A stretch of DNA of 64,000 nucleotides from Candidatus Multivoradales bacterium (GCA_965223855.1 CBDCXM010000009.1:768001-832000), one strand, 5' to 3'. Shown: positions 13,073 to 22,775, counted from the first letter of the stretch. Notes: generated by a model from the letters alone, not told the origin. Made by a program: numbers and translations.

Positions 13073-13101
13073 GCCCCTCTGCGGAGGGTCCGCGGAGGGG
13101 C
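13073..13101. terminator. GC-rich hairpin at the 3' end of sppA (possible terminator)
   Basis: gcccctctgcgga-ggg-tccgcggaggggc inverted repeat; no clear U-tract. Confidence 0.35.
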
Positions 13102-14813
13102 TATTCGGGTCGCGCCGCGGCGGCGAGGTGAGGTGCGATCTCGAGCGAGTAGAGGGGACTGCGCAGGGGAACCAGAGCTTCGAGGAGCGCGGCGAGAGAG
13201 AAGCCGGGACCGGGAGCTCCGGAGAGGAGGTCGAGGAGCGTCGGCGGTTTCGGATAGAGGGCGAGACGGACCTCTTCGGGCTCGATCCCGGCAGCCGCGG
13301 CGGCGGCGTCGATGGCCGCGTCGAACCCTCCGAGCTGATCGACCAGCCCGAGGTCGCGAGCGGTGGTTCCGGTCCACACCCGACCCTGAGCGACGTCTTC
13401 GGCGGCCTCCGGCGTCAGCTCGCGCCCCTCGGCGACATGACCGACGAAGGTGTCGTAGACCCCCTGGATGAGCTCCTGGAAGCGTTCTCGCTGCGCCGGG
13501 CGCCAGCCGTCGAGCGACGAGAAGAAGTCGGCGTTGGCGCCGCGCCGCAGGACGTCGTGGGAGATACCGAGAAGCTCCTGCTGGAACTGACGGGTGAGGA
13601 GGCGGCCGGCGACCACACCGATCGAACCGGTGATGGTGGTCGCCTCGGCGACGATGTGCTCCGCCTTCGCGGAGATGTAGTAGCCACCCGAAGCGGCGAC
13701 GCTCGACATCGAGACGATGACCGGCTTGACCGCGGCGAGCTGTTCCACCTCGCGCAGCAGCAGGTCGGAGGCGAGCGCCGAACCGCCCGGGCTGTCGACC
13801 CTGAGGACGACGGCGGCGATCGAATCGTCGCCCGCCAGCTCGCGCAGCACGGCGCCGAAGTCGGTCGAACCGATCAGCATCTGCTGGCTCCAGGCGTCGA
13901 TGCCGCCGTAGCCGCGGACGATCGTTCCCTGGGCGAAGGCGATCGCGACACGGCGCCCGCCCAGGCCCGGGCCGCGAGGGGTGTACAGCGGCAGGTCGAG
14001 CCAGCTGTCGGCGGTGCCCAGCGTGTCGGCGAGGGCCGACTCGAACTCGTCGGGATAGCCGAGCGCATCGACGAGCCCGAGATCGAGCGCCTCGGCCGCG
14101 GTATACGGGGCTGCGTCGATCAACTGCCGCACGCGGGAGGGGTCGAGATCGCGGCCGGTGGCGATCGCGCCGATGATCTCGAGGAAGAGATCGTCCAGAA
14201 CCGAGGACAGCGCTTCGCGGGCGGCTGCCGAGTGCTCGGTGAGGGTGTAGCTCTCGGAGAAGCTCTTGTAGTCGCCTGCGGAGATGAACTCCGGCTCGAT
14301 CTTGAGCTTGTCGAGGCTGCCGCGGAAGAAGGCGCTGTCGGCGTAGAGGCCGACGACGTTGAGCTCACCCTGAGGGGCGAGCGTCAGCCGCGGGCAAGCG
14401 GAGGCGACGAAGTAGGCGAGCGTCCCGTTGGTCCCTTCGCCGGCGGTCTCGAGGTAGCACTCGACCGTCTTGCCCGCCTCGGCTACCGCGAGGATCTGGC
14501 GTCGCAACTCCTCGGCCTGCGCGAGACTGAAGGAGGCGTGATGGATCTCGACGACCAGGGCGTCGACGTCGTCGTCGGTGCGGGCACGCCGCAACGAGCG
14601 GTAGATGTCGATCAGGCTCTGCGACTCGCTCTGGCGCAGAAACGGCACGTCCGGAGCGGGAAGGTAGTCGAGCAGCGGCGTGGAGAGTCGAAGCCGGAGG
14701 ACGGTGTCCTCGGCAATGGACGGCCCGGCCCCGCCTCCGGCCTTCACCGCGACGAGAGCGATCACCACCGCCAACGCGATCAGCGCGAAGATCAGCAAGA
14801 TGAGTTTTTTCAA
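13101..14813 (-). CDS. sppA: Signal peptide peptidase SppA (S49, 67K type)
   Basis: N-terminal TM, GDYKS, RVDSPGGSALAS, AASGGYY, TITGSIGV, AQGRVWTG. TTG start with GAGG RBS. Confidence 0.9.
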   Translation of the reverse strand: MKKLILLIFALIALAVVIALVAVKAGGGAGPSIAEDTVLRLRLSTPLLDYLPAPDVPFLRQSESQSLIDIYRSLRRARTDDDVDALVVEIHHASFSLAQAEELRRQILAVAEAGKTVECYLETAGEGTNGTLAYFVASACPRLTLAPQGELNVVGLYADSAFFRGSLDKLKIEPEFISAGDYKSFSESYTLTEHSAAAREALSSVLDDLFLEIIGAIATGRDLDPSRVRQLIDAAPYTAAEALDLGLVDALGYPDEFESALADTLGTADSWLDLPLYTPRGPGLGGRRVAIAFAQGTIVRGYGGIDAWSQQMLIGSTDFGAVLRELAGDDSIAAVVLRVDSPGGSALASDLLLREVEQLAAVKPVIVSMSSVAASGGYYISAKAEHIVAEATTITGSIGVVAGRLLTRQFQQELLGISHDVLRRGANADFFSSLDGWRPAQRERFQELIQGVYDTFVGHVAEGRELTPEAAEDVAQGRVWTGTTARDLGLVDQLGGFDAAIDAAAAAAGIEPEEVRLALYPKPPTLLDLLSGAPGPGFSLAALLEALVPLRSPLYSLEIAPHLAAAARPE

Positions 14814-14896
14814 CGGTTTGCCTCGGTTGCCGGCCGGTTGAACGCGACCGGTGAAGTGCGATTCCCGAGCGTCGCCAAGGACCAACGGGGAAGTTC

Positions 14897-14912
14897 TGGC
14901 ACGACCCTTGCT
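14897..14912 (+). promoter_or_regulatory. Sigma54 (RpoN) -24/-12 promoter
   Basis: TGGCAC-GACCC-TTGCT is an exact match to the TGGCAC-N5-TTGCW consensus, in an intergenic region. Confidence 0.7.
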
Positions 14913-14923
14913 ACAGAGAGTGC

Positions 14924-15110
14924 CGTAAGGATTCCGCGGGGAGGTTCCTCTACTGCAAGCCTAGAACAGCGAGACAACCCAAGCAGTATGTCTCGTCCCG
15001 TCTCTACCCGCAACAGAACTCCTGCTTCGCAGGATCCCACCCCAATCCGCATCACCGGGACCTCCCCCTCCTTACCTCTCTGATCAGCGCTCTTCTCGTC
15101 CGCTCCCATC
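14924..15110 (+). ncRNA. Candidate sigma54-dependent small RNA or long mutY leader
   Basis: Lower-GC intergenic stretch directly downstream of the sigma54 site, with hairpin potential (cctgcttcgcagg) and a C/U-rich tract. No family recognised. Confidence 0.3.
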
Positions 15111-15134
15111 GGCTTCGATAACGTCGCGCCCGCG

Positions 15135-16223
15135 ATGGGCCTTCCGGACGACGAATTCGATGCGCCGCCCGCGGTCGGCACAGGCACCACCGGGCCGGCG
15201 CTCCTCGACTGGTACCGCCGTCGGCGGCGAGACCTGCCGTGGCGCCGGCGCTCGGACCCGTACGCCATCCTCGTCTCCGAGCTGATGCTCCAGCAGACGA
15301 GGGTAGAGACGGTGCTCCGCTACTACGAGCCGTTCCTCGAACGCTTCCCGCAGGTCGAGGATCTCGCCGCGGCCGAAGTCGAAGAGGTGCTGGCCGAGTG
15401 GTCCGGCCTCGGGTACTACCAGCGCGCGCGGCGCCTTCACGCGGCGGCGCGCGAGGTCGTCGAAGAGGGTCGCTGGCCGCACGGCGCCACGGCCTGGCGC
15501 GAACTCCCGGGCGTCGGCGAGTACACCGCCGCCGCGCTGGCGAGCATCGTCGACGGCGAAGCCGTTCTGGTGCTCGACGGCAATGTCGAGCGGGTGCTGG
15601 CGCGCTACCTCGCGCGCCCAGGCGACCTGCGCCGCCGCGCGGCCCGCGAGGCGCTGCGAGCGGTGGCGACCCCATGGCTCGACGAGCGCGTCCCCGGCGA
15701 CTCCAACCAGGCGTTGATGGAGCTCGGAGCGACCGTCTGCCGGCCGCTCCATCCGCTCTGTCACGAATGCCCTCTGGCGGCGGGGTGTCGCGCCCGGCTG
15801 GCGGGCGAGCCGGAGCGCTACCCGACGCCGCGTCGGCGCCGCGCCGTCGAGGAAGTCGAGCGACGGGTCTTCGTCGCCACTTCGAAGCAGGGCGCCGTGT
15901 GGATGGTTCGCCGCGCGAGCGACGACTCGCTCCTCGCCGGCTTCTGGGAGCTGCCGACGGTCGACGGCGTGCCGCCGGTCGCCGCTCGCCGCCGCCTCGA
16001 GGAGCGCCACGGAGGTGCTTGGCAGCCGGCCGGCGAGGCGGGCAGGGTCACCCACGCAATCACCCATCGGCGCTTCCGGGTCACGGTCGAGGTCGGCTCG
16101 TGGCTGCCGGCCGAGGTGGCGGAGACGTCGCGCTACGGCTGGTTCCGGCCGTCGGAGATCGACGCCTTGCCGACCTCGTCGCTGACCCGCAAGGCGCTGT
16201 CGGTCGCGGGCGTCCTGTCCTGA
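15135..16223 (+). CDS. mutY: A/G-specific adenine glycosylase MutY
   Basis: RDLPWR, SELMLQQT, WSGLGYY, LPGVGEYTA, DGNVERV, NQALMELGATVC-x6-C-x2-C-x5-C. Confidence 0.95.
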   Translation: MGLPDDEFDAPPAVGTGTTGPALLDWYRRRRRDLPWRRRSDPYAILVSELMLQQTRVETVLRYYEPFLERFPQVEDLAAAEVEEVLAEWSGLGYYQRARRLHAAAREVVEEGRWPHGATAWRELPGVGEYTAAALASIVDGEAVLVLDGNVERVLARYLARPGDLRRRAAREALRAVATPWLDERVPGDSNQALMELGATVCRPLHPLCHECPLAAGCRARLAGEPERYPTPRRRRAVEEVERRVFVATSKQGAVWMVRRASDDSLLAGFWELPTVDGVPPVAARRRLEERHGGAWQPAGEAGRVTHAITHRRFRVTVEVGSWLPAEVAETSRYGWFRPSEIDALPTSSLTRKALSVAGVLS

Positions 16224-16238
16224 GCGACCGCCGGCGGC

Positions 16239-17234
16239 TCAGACGGTGATGTCGAGAGCCGGAAGATCCTCCGGCTGCGCCAGCATGTGCCAGCCGATGA
16301 TCTTCTGATCGATCGCCCGCAACCTGCTGGCACCGAGCGCGCAGAGGATCGTCAGCAGTCGGGTCGAAGCGACGCTGTCGATGTTGAGCAGCCCCTCCAC
16401 CACCTCGCTGGCGATCGAAAGCACGACCGCGCCGCCGTCGTGAGCCTTGGCCGAGGCGGACCGGGTGTCCTTGTCGATCAGAGCCATCTCGCCGAAGTAC
16501 TCACCCCTCTCGACGAAGGCGAGCGCCTCCTCGCCGGCTCCGGGAACCGACTTCGAGATCATCACTTTGCCCTCGAGGACGACGTACATCTTCTCGCCGT
16601 GGTCCCCTTCGCGGAAGATCACCTCCCCTTCGCCGAAGCGCTCTTCGCGCGACAGCGATGCCAGGAAGTGGATCTCCATCGGCGACAGGCGCTGCTCGAC
16701 GAAGACGGAGCGTCGCGCGGCGAGGTCGAGCCTCTCGGTCGGCTGCGGTACGGCCGGGACATCGAGCGGCGGCCGGCCACCCGGGCGGTCGGCGAAGAAG
16801 TTGTCGAGATGGGCGTTGGCGCGCCTCAGCTTGTGGGACAGGCTGTGCCAGAAGGCCCACAGCAGTGCGAGCTCGAAGGCGGCATCGTTCTCTGCCATCG
16901 CCGCCAGCCGATCGGCGTCGAAGAGCAACAGCTCGCACGACTCACGAGCGACCGCGTCGCCGCTGCGGCCGAGCTGATCGATGTAGTTGGCCTCGCCGAA
17001 GATCTGCCCGGGCCCGAGGACGCTGAGGACGAACGGCGAGTGCGGACCCTCGACGAAGAGCTCGATCGACCCGCTCAGGAGCGCGAACGGCTCGCGGGAC
17101 GGATCGCCCTGACGGAAGACGTAGGCGCCGTCATCGAAGGTCTGCCGCCAGGCGCAGGCCGCCAGCTGATCTCGCAGCGGGTCGGTGAAGTGCGCCAGGG
17201 CCTCGAACGGCTGCAGGCGATCGGCGAGCTCCAT
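16239..17234 (-). CDS. Protein with two tandem cyclic-nucleotide-binding domains (no obvious HTH)
   Basis: Two cNMP-binding signatures: VFRQGD...IFGE...RSGDA and IFREGD...YFGEMAL...RSASA. Confidence 0.85.
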   Translation of the reverse strand: MELADRLQPFEALAHFTDPLRDQLAACAWRQTFDDGAYVFRQGDPSREPFALLSGSIELFVEGPHSPFVLSVLGPGQIFGEANYIDQLGRSGDAVARESCELLLFDADRLAAMAENDAAFELALLWAFWHSLSHKLRRANAHLDNFFADRPGGRPPLDVPAVPQPTERLDLAARRSVFVEQRLSPMEIHFLASLSREERFGEGEVIFREGDHGEKMYVVLEGKVMISKSVPGAGEEALAFVERGEYFGEMALIDKDTRSASAKAHDGGAVVLSIASEVVEGLLNIDSVASTRLLTILCALGASRLRAIDQKIIGWHMLAQPEDLPALDITV

Positions 17235-17311
17235 AACCGTGCAATTGTGAGCGGCCGATCGGCCCGCACCTATGGCCTAGGTCACTGAAACGGTCGGGGT
17301 AAAGGCCCCGC

Positions 17312-18646
17312 TCATGGCACAGGCTCGGTCGTCGACTCCTCGCCGGCGACGAGCGCCGCCTCCTCCAGCAGCGAGAGTGCGATCTCGTACTGCCGGTCGG
17401 TGATCACGAGTGGCGGCGCCAGCTCCGCCACCCTCCCCTCGGGCCCGCCGACCAGCAACAGGACTCCGCGCCGGCGCGCCTCGCGGGCGAAGCGTCGGCC
17501 GGAGGCCGCCGAGGAGAGCTCCACGCCCCACAACGCTCCCCGCCCGCGTACCGCCGTGACCGCCGCGAAGCGATCGGGCCAGGTCGAAAGCCGGGGTTCG
17601 AGGCGGGTCGCCAGCTCGGCGGCGCGCTCGACGAGCCTTTCACCGTCGAGCACCTCGAGACTCGCCAGGGCCGCGGCGCAGGCGAGCGGATGGGCGACGA
17701 AGGTGCCGGTGTGGCGCGCCTCCCCCGGCTCGTTCCACGCCGCCATCACCTCCGGGCGGCCGGCGACGGCGGCGATCGGCAGGCCGCCACCCAGAGCCTT
17801 GCCGCAACAGACGAGGTCGGGCTCGACCCCTTCGTGCTCGGTCGCGAACCAGCGCCCGGTGCGGCCGCAACCGGTGAGGATCTCGTCGGCTATCAGCAAG
17901 GCTCCGTGGCGGCGGCACGACTCGCCGAGCTCGGCCAGCCACCCGGCCGGCGGCACCAGAACCCCCTCGCGGCCGACGATCGGCTCGACGATCGCCGCGG
18001 CGACGTCGTCGGAACCGAGCGCCTTCTCGAGTTCGGCGCCGTCGGCTCCGAACGGCACGCGCACGAGATGCGAATGAAGATGCGAGTCGGCGACCCGGCG
18101 GAACGCGGGCCGTGACGTCGCGGCGAGCGCCCCCAACGTCATGCCGTGGTAGGAGGGCTCGAAGACCAGCAGCCTGCCGCGCCCGGTGGCGAGCAGCGCG
18201 GTCTTGATGGCGAGTTCCACTGCATCGGCTCCCGAGACGGCGAAGGCGATGCGCGGCTCGGCGAACGGCAGGCGCGCGGCGAGCCGCGCGGCGAGCCGGG
18301 CTCTGAGGTCGTGCCCCTGGGCGTCGCCGAGACCGTGGACGAGCCTCGAGCTTTGCGAGGTCAGCGCCGCGACGACGCGAGGGTGGCGATGGCCGATCGC
18401 GGCGACGCCGAAGCCCGACAACAGGTCGACGTAGCGGTTGCCCTCGACATCGAGCACGTTGGCGCCGAGCGCCTCGGCCCACACCAGCGGCGCATCGTCG
18501 AAGAACGGCGAGAGCCCTGCGACCTCGTGGCGCCGCGCCATGTCGAGGAGCGGCTGCGTCGCTGCCCCGGGACCGTCGTCGAGCGACGAGACCATCTGCG
18601 GCGGCAGGTCGCCGCGCTCGAGCTGCGACGGTGCCGGGCGCGACAC
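17312..18646 (-). CDS. Class III PLP-dependent aminotransferase
   Basis: DVEGNRYVD, GHRHP, SGADAVELA, YHGMT, IVEPI, ADEILTGCGRTG, GKALGGG. Confidence 0.9.
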   Translation of the reverse strand: MSRPAPSQLERGDLPPQMVSSLDDGPGAATQPLLDMARRHEVAGLSPFFDDAPLVWAEALGANVLDVEGNRYVDLLSGFGVAAIGHRHPRVVAALTSQSSRLVHGLGDAQGHDLRARLAARLAARLPFAEPRIAFAVSGADAVELAIKTALLATGRGRLLVFEPSYHGMTLGALAATSRPAFRRVADSHLHSHLVRVPFGADGAELEKALGSDDVAAAIVEPIVGREGVLVPPAGWLAELGESCRRHGALLIADEILTGCGRTGRWFATEHEGVEPDLVCCGKALGGGLPIAAVAGRPEVMAAWNEPGEARHTGTFVAHPLACAAALASLEVLDGERLVERAAELATRLEPRLSTWPDRFAAVTAVRGRGALWGVELSSAASGRRFAREARRRGVLLLVGGPEGRVAELAPPLVITDRQYEIALSLLEEAALVAGEESTTEPVP

Positions 18647-18650
18647 CGGA

Positions 18651-19244
18651 TCAGAGTTCCTGGCGACCGGCGAGCGAGCGCGCCAGCGTCACCTCGTCGG
18701 TGTACTCGATGTCGCCGCCGACCGGCATGCCGAAGGCGAGACGGGTGACGGCGATGCCGCGCGGCTTGATCAGCCGCGCGAGATAGAGGGCGGTCGCCTC
18801 GCCGTCGACGTTGGGGTTGGTCGCCAGCACCACCTCGCGTACGCCTTCGAGACGCTCGAGCAGGGGGTCGATTTCGAGATCGGACGGACCGACGCCGCGC
18901 TGCGGTGACAGCGCCCCCATCAGTACGTGGTAGAGGCCGTCGAATTCACCGGTGCGCTCCAGCGGCTCGATGTTGAACGGCTCCTCGACCACGCACAGAC
19001 GGCCGCCGTCGCGCGTCGGATCGCTGCAGTACTTGCACGGATCGGTGTCGGTGATGGCGCCGCAGGTCGAGCAGTGGAAGAGCTTCTCGCGCACCGCGAG
19101 GATGGCGTCGGCGAGCGCCTTCGACTCCTCCTGCGGCGTCTTCAGCAGATGGTGCGCCAGCCGCGCCGCGGTCTTCGAGCCGATCCCGGGCAGGCGGGAA
19201 AGCTCGCCGACCAGGCGGCGCATCGGTTCAGGGGTCGAGCTCAC
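18651..19244 (-). CDS. recR: Recombination mediator RecR
   Basis: LPGIGSKTA, C4 zinc finger, VVEE, YHVLMG, LATNP, GGDIEY. Confidence 0.97.
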   Translation of the reverse strand: MSSTPEPMRRLVGELSRLPGIGSKTAARLAHHLLKTPQEESKALADAILAVREKLFHCSTCGAITDTDPCKYCSDPTRDGGRLCVVEEPFNIEPLERTGEFDGLYHVLMGALSPQRGVGPSDLEIDPLLERLEGVREVVLATNPNVDGEATALYLARLIKPRGIAVTRLAFGMPVGGDIEYTDEVTLARSLAGRQEL

Positions 19245-19250
19245 CGGGGA

Positions 19251-19556
19251 TCAGAAGCCCGGAGGCAGTCCGCCGCCGAGGGCGCCGGCGAGGTTGCCCA
19301 TCTTCGACTGCATCTCGCTGTCGACCTGACGCGTCGCCTCGTTGACCGCCGCCAGCACCAGGTCCTCGAGCATGCTGGTGTCGTCGCTGTCGACCGCCTC
19401 GGGGTCGATCTTCACCGACTGCAGCACCTTGTGGCCGTCCATGGTGACCTCCACCATGCCGCCGCCGACGCTCGCCGAAACCTCGAGCTCGGCGAGCTCG
19501 CGCTCCATCTTCTGCTGCATCTGCTGCGCCTGCTGCATGATCTTCTTCATGTTCAT
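19251..19556 (-). CDS. ybaB: YbaB/EbfC nucleoid-associated protein
   Basis: QAQQMQ, GGGMV, LEDLVLAAVN; located between dnaX and recR. Confidence 0.95.
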   Translation of the reverse strand: MNMKKIMQQAQQMQQKMERELAELEVSASVGGGMVEVTMDGHKVLQSVKIDPEAVDSDDTSMLEDLVLAAVNEATRQVDSEMQSKMGNLAGALGGGLPPGF

Positions 19557-19571
19557 GGCATGAGCTCTCTG

Positions 19572-21467
19572 TCAGTTGGTCTCTTCGATCGGTTCGGCCG
19601 TGCCGCCGAAAACATCGAGCGCGGCCTGGACGGTGGGGTGGTCGAGGGAGTCGGCGGCGGTGGGCGCCTGCGACTCGCTGTCGGTGGTCGGGGACTCGCT
19701 CTCTGAAGACGGGGCCCGACTGTCGGAAGACGGTGGCCGGCTTGCGGTCTCGCCGTTGGCGGCCGGAGCGGTCTCGATCCGCCACGTCGCATCGTCGCCG
19801 AACGCCTCGTGCAGACACGCCTCGAACGCCTTGCGGTTGGCGTCGCGCCGAAGCGCGGTGGCGAGCCAGCCGTCGCCCTCGCCGGTGGTCAGCACCAGCG
19901 CCCGGTCGACGAAGTCGATCTTCTCGACCTCGTCGAGATGAGCGGCGATCACCTGTCGGCGGGTGCGGATCAGCTCGACGAAGCGTCCGAGATCGCCGGT
20001 CGCGTTGGCGGTGGCTCCGGTCGTCGCCGGTTCGGGCTGCGACGAAACGTCGGCGTGCCGCTCGCTCTCGAGCACCTCGGACTCAGACGCCGCGGGCTCG
20101 GGCACCACAGGTTCAGGCGCCTCAGGTTCAGGTGGCGCGCTCAGGGGCGGCTCGGCCACCGTCGGTCGGTCGTCGGCCGACCGTGCGGGCGCGCTGACGG
20201 CGGCAGGACGCTCGTCCTTCGCGGGCACGGCATCCGCTCCCGATGCCGCTCCAAGTGCCGCTGCCGCCTCGCGGCCGCCGCCGGGCGAGCTCTTCCCGCC
20301 GGCTTGTCCCTCCCCTTGCGGCGCGGCGGGCCCGACTCCACCGGACGACTCTCCCCCGAGCAGCGCTTCGAGGCTCGTCAGCCGCGGGAGCTCGGCGGCC
20401 CGCAGCCAGGCGATCTCGACCGCGAGCGCTGCCGACTCACTGCGCCGCACCGCCTCCTCGCCGGCGAGCAGCAGGTGCAGCAACCGCAGCACGGTCTCGT
20501 AGCCGGTGGACGTGCCGAGGGCGCGCGCCGCCTCGGCCTCTTCGTTCGGCAGCTCGACGGTCGCCGGATCGCCTCCGAGCGCGAGGTGGAGGACGTCGCG
20601 ACAGTAGCCGAGGAAGTCGCCGTAGACGTGTCGCGGGTCGCGCCCGCGTCCCTCGACGTCGGCGACGATCTCGACGACGCCGCTGCGGTCGCCGCGCACG
20701 ATGGCGTCGAGCAGGGTGTGGTGAAGCGAGGTGTCGGCGCCGCCGAGCACCCGGATCGCGTCCTCGTCGCGGATCGCTCCCGAGCCGTAGGTCGCGAGCT
20801 GATCGAGGAGCGCCACCGAGTCGCGCACGCTGCCTTCGCCGGCGCGGGCGATCATCATCAGCGCCTTGTCGCCGACCTCGATCTCCTCGGCGTCGGCGAG
20901 TCGCCGCAGGTGGGCGACGAGCTGCGGATGCGGGACGCGCCGGAAGTTGAACTCCTGGCAACGCGACAGGATCGTCGCCGGCACCGCCTCGAGTTCGGTG
21001 GTGGCGAAGATGAAGACCAGGTGCGGCGGCGGCTCTTCGACGATCTTGAGCAGCGCGTCGAAAGCGTTGCGCGACAAGCGATGGACCTCGTCGAGCACCA
21101 CCACCTTGTAGCGCCCCGACACCGGCTTGTACTTGAGGTTCTCGGTCAGCTCGCGCACCTGCTCGACCTTCGAGTGGGTCGCGGCGTCGATCTCGAGGAT
21201 GTCGAGGTTGGCGCCGGAGCCGAACTCGCGGCAGGTCTCGCACTCGTTGCACGGCCCGTCGGCCATGCCGCGCTCGCAGTTGAGCGCCTTGGCGAGGATC
21301 CGCGCGACGCTCGTCTTGCCGACCCCGCGGATGCCGGAGAAGAGATACGCCGAGGCGATCCGTCCTTCGGCGAGCGCGTTGCGCAGCGCCGTCACCACCG
21401 GCTCCTGGCCGACCACCGCCTCGAAGTCGTGCGGCCGCCACTTGCGGGCTAGGACTTGGTAGGCCAT
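19572..21467 (-). CDS. dnaX: DNA polymerase III subunit gamma/tau
   Basis: YQVLARKWRP, GIRGVGKT, EIDAA, DEVH, TILSRCQ, GSVRD. Confidence 0.96.
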   Translation of the reverse strand: MAYQVLARKWRPHDFEAVVGQEPVVTALRNALAEGRIASAYLFSGIRGVGKTSVARILAKALNCERGMADGPCNECETCREFGSGANLDILEIDAATHSKVEQVRELTENLKYKPVSGRYKVVVLDEVHRLSRNAFDALLKIVEEPPPHLVFIFATTELEAVPATILSRCQEFNFRRVPHPQLVAHLRRLADAEEIEVGDKALMMIARAGEGSVRDSVALLDQLATYGSGAIRDEDAIRVLGGADTSLHHTLLDAIVRGDRSGVVEIVADVEGRGRDPRHVYGDFLGYCRDVLHLALGGDPATVELPNEEAEAARALGTSTGYETVLRLLHLLLAGEEAVRRSESAALAVEIAWLRAAELPRLTSLEALLGGESSGGVGPAAPQGEGQAGGKSSPGGGREAAAALGAASGADAVPAKDERPAAVSAPARSADDRPTVAEPPLSAPPEPEAPEPVVPEPAASESEVLESERHADVSSQPEPATTGATANATGDLGRFVELIRTRRQVIAAHLDEVEKIDFVDRALVLTTGEGDGWLATALRRDANRKAFEACLHEAFGDDATWRIETAPAANGETASRPPSSDSRAPSSESESPTTDSESQAPTAADSLDHPTVQAALDVFGGTAEPIEETN

Positions 21468-21490
21468 CGAGCGGGAGGGGAGGCGAGCGG

Positions 21491-21624
21491 CCCCAGCTGC
21501 CGACGAAGGGCTCCGACGATCTGCGGCACTCGGCCGGAGCGCCTTATCGCTGCTCCCTTCCGGGCCTGACGAGGTTCAGCGACCGCCGATGCACAGGGCC
21601 CGAGCCCTTCGTCGGCTCCTGGGG
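21491..21624 (-). ncRNA. ffs: Signal recognition particle RNA (small bacterial type)
   Basis: Minus strand carries GTCAGGCCCGGAAGGGAGCAGC (helix 8, GGAA loop). Long terminal stem 21499-21513/21602-21616. Position upstream of dnaX is typical. Confidence 0.92.
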
Positions 21625-21630
21625 AGGTAG

Positions 21631-21659
21631 ATGGTACGTCGGTGGGGGGTGGGGTGCAA
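21631..21659 (-). promoter_or_regulatory. Sigma70 promoter of ffs
   Basis: TTGCAC-N17-TACCAT, ending 6-7 nt before the predicted RNA 5' end. Confidence 0.75.
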
Positions 21660-21702
21660 TGGGGAGGGGAGGCCCGGTGAGTCTCAGGCCCCCATTGCGA
21701 CG

Positions 21703-22013
21703 CGAGAAGGCGGGGATTCGGTCCTGCGTTCGCAGGACCGCTGCGAGCTGTGTTTCTGCGCGCGCCTCCGGCGGCCTTCGGCCGGCAGGGCCAGCTTCGC
21801 TGCCCCTGGGCGCCCGGTGTCTTCATTCTCGCCGGGCTCATCGCCCGGCGAAGCCAGGGTTCGAACCCCTGGTGTGCTGCTCATGAGCTGAGCTAGCGGG
21901 ATCAGGTTGGAAATGGCGGAGAGGCAGGGATTCGGTCCTGCGTTCGCAGGACCGCTGCGAACTGTGTTTCTGGCACGCCTTCGGCGTGCAAACCAGGGTT
22001 CGAGTCCCTGGTG
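21703..22013. repeat. Two tRNA-linked structured repeats (long ~21703-21874, short 21914-22013) downstream of tRNA-Ser(CGA)
   Basis: Each starts with a copy of the tRNA 3' end (21914-21934 identical to the last 21 nt), has a gtcctgcGTTCgcaggac hairpin and a GCGA(A/G)CTGTGTTTCTG core, and ends in an inverted T-arm copy ccagggttcga..ccctgg. Confidence 0.85.
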
Positions 22014-22052
22014 AGCCACCGACAAGCCGAGTCGGTGGCGTCAGAAAGAAAT

Positions 22053-22142
22053 TGGCGGAGAGGCAGGGATTCGAACCCTGGGACCGCTTGCACGGTCAAC
22101 GGTTTTCGAGACCGCCCCGTTCGACCACTCCGGCACCTCTCC
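22053..22142 (-). tRNA. tRNA-Ser(CGA)
   Basis: GGAGAGGTG...GCGGT-CTCGAAA-ACCGT, long variable arm, CAGGG-TTCGAAT-CCCTG, CCTCTCCGCCA. Confidence 0.97.
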
Positions 22143-22211
22143 TGCTGGTCGAAAGTCGCGGCTGGGCCGCGAGGAGGGGGATTGTATACGGAGGCGAACG
22201 CGAGGGCACGC

Positions 22212-22706
22212 TCAGTCCGGTTCGCTCTGCTCGGACCTCATTGGGCGCTCCGAGTGAAGCAGGTACGGACCACCCTCTGCACACACGATCGTGTTGATCT
22301 CTCCGTCTTCTTCTCCGAGCAGGGGTTGAAAGGCCGGGCCGGAATAATTGCCTCTTCCTGGCTCAGCCGTTCGTATCGAGAGAAAGAAGTCCAGCGGGAG
22401 GTCGACCAGCTCGACGATTCTCAACTCGCCGAGCTCGTAGGGCCATCCCATGAGGGTCGTGCACTCGGTGTCGTCGCCCGAGTTCCAGATGCCGAGCATA
22501 GGGCTCTGGCCCGTCCAGCACCAGAACACGGCGCTCACTCTGGAAGCGTCTTCGTGCCAGATGAGGTTGTCGACTCGATCGCATTGTCGGAGGGCGTCCA
22601 GGAGGCTGTGGGTAGCGCCTTCACCGGCCGCCGGGCTCTGGCGCGTGGAAGCCGATGCGCAAAGCGGGAGCGATAGCGAGAGAAGGAGTGCCAGGGCGGT
22701 CTTCAT
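22212..22706 (-). CDS. Hypothetical secreted protein (164 aa) between the two tRNA-Ser loci
   Basis: Signal peptide MKTALALLLSLSLPLCASA; codon usage less GC3-biased than neighbours. Confidence 0.55.
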   Translation of the reverse strand: MKTALALLLSLSLPLCASASTRQSPAAGEGATHSLLDALRQCDRVDNLIWHEDASRVSAVFWCWTGQSPMLGIWNSGDDTECTTLMGWPYELGELRIVELVDLPLDFFLSIRTAEPGRGNYSGPAFQPLLGEEDGEINTIVCAEGGPYLLHSERPMRSEQSEPD

Positions 22707-22775
22707 CTGGATTGAGGGCCAAGCGCGTTGTCTTCGCGCCGGAGTTTTTCTCGCTGGATTCATGGCCCGATGGGG

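Noticed and set aside
14810-15268. 152-aa minus-strand ORF upstream of sppA
   Set aside because: Atypical codon usage, overlap with mutY and no recognisable domain; the sigma54 site on the opposite strand explains the region better, though coding is not excluded.
21625-21700. Possible Alu domain making a large SRP RNA
   Set aside because: This stretch contains a well-spaced -35/-10 promoter ending just before the small SRP stem; the hairpin is more likely a terminator of upstream transcription.
21971-21986. TGGCAC inside a repeat as a second sigma54 site
   Set aside because: No TTGC at the -12 position; it is part of a hairpin stem.
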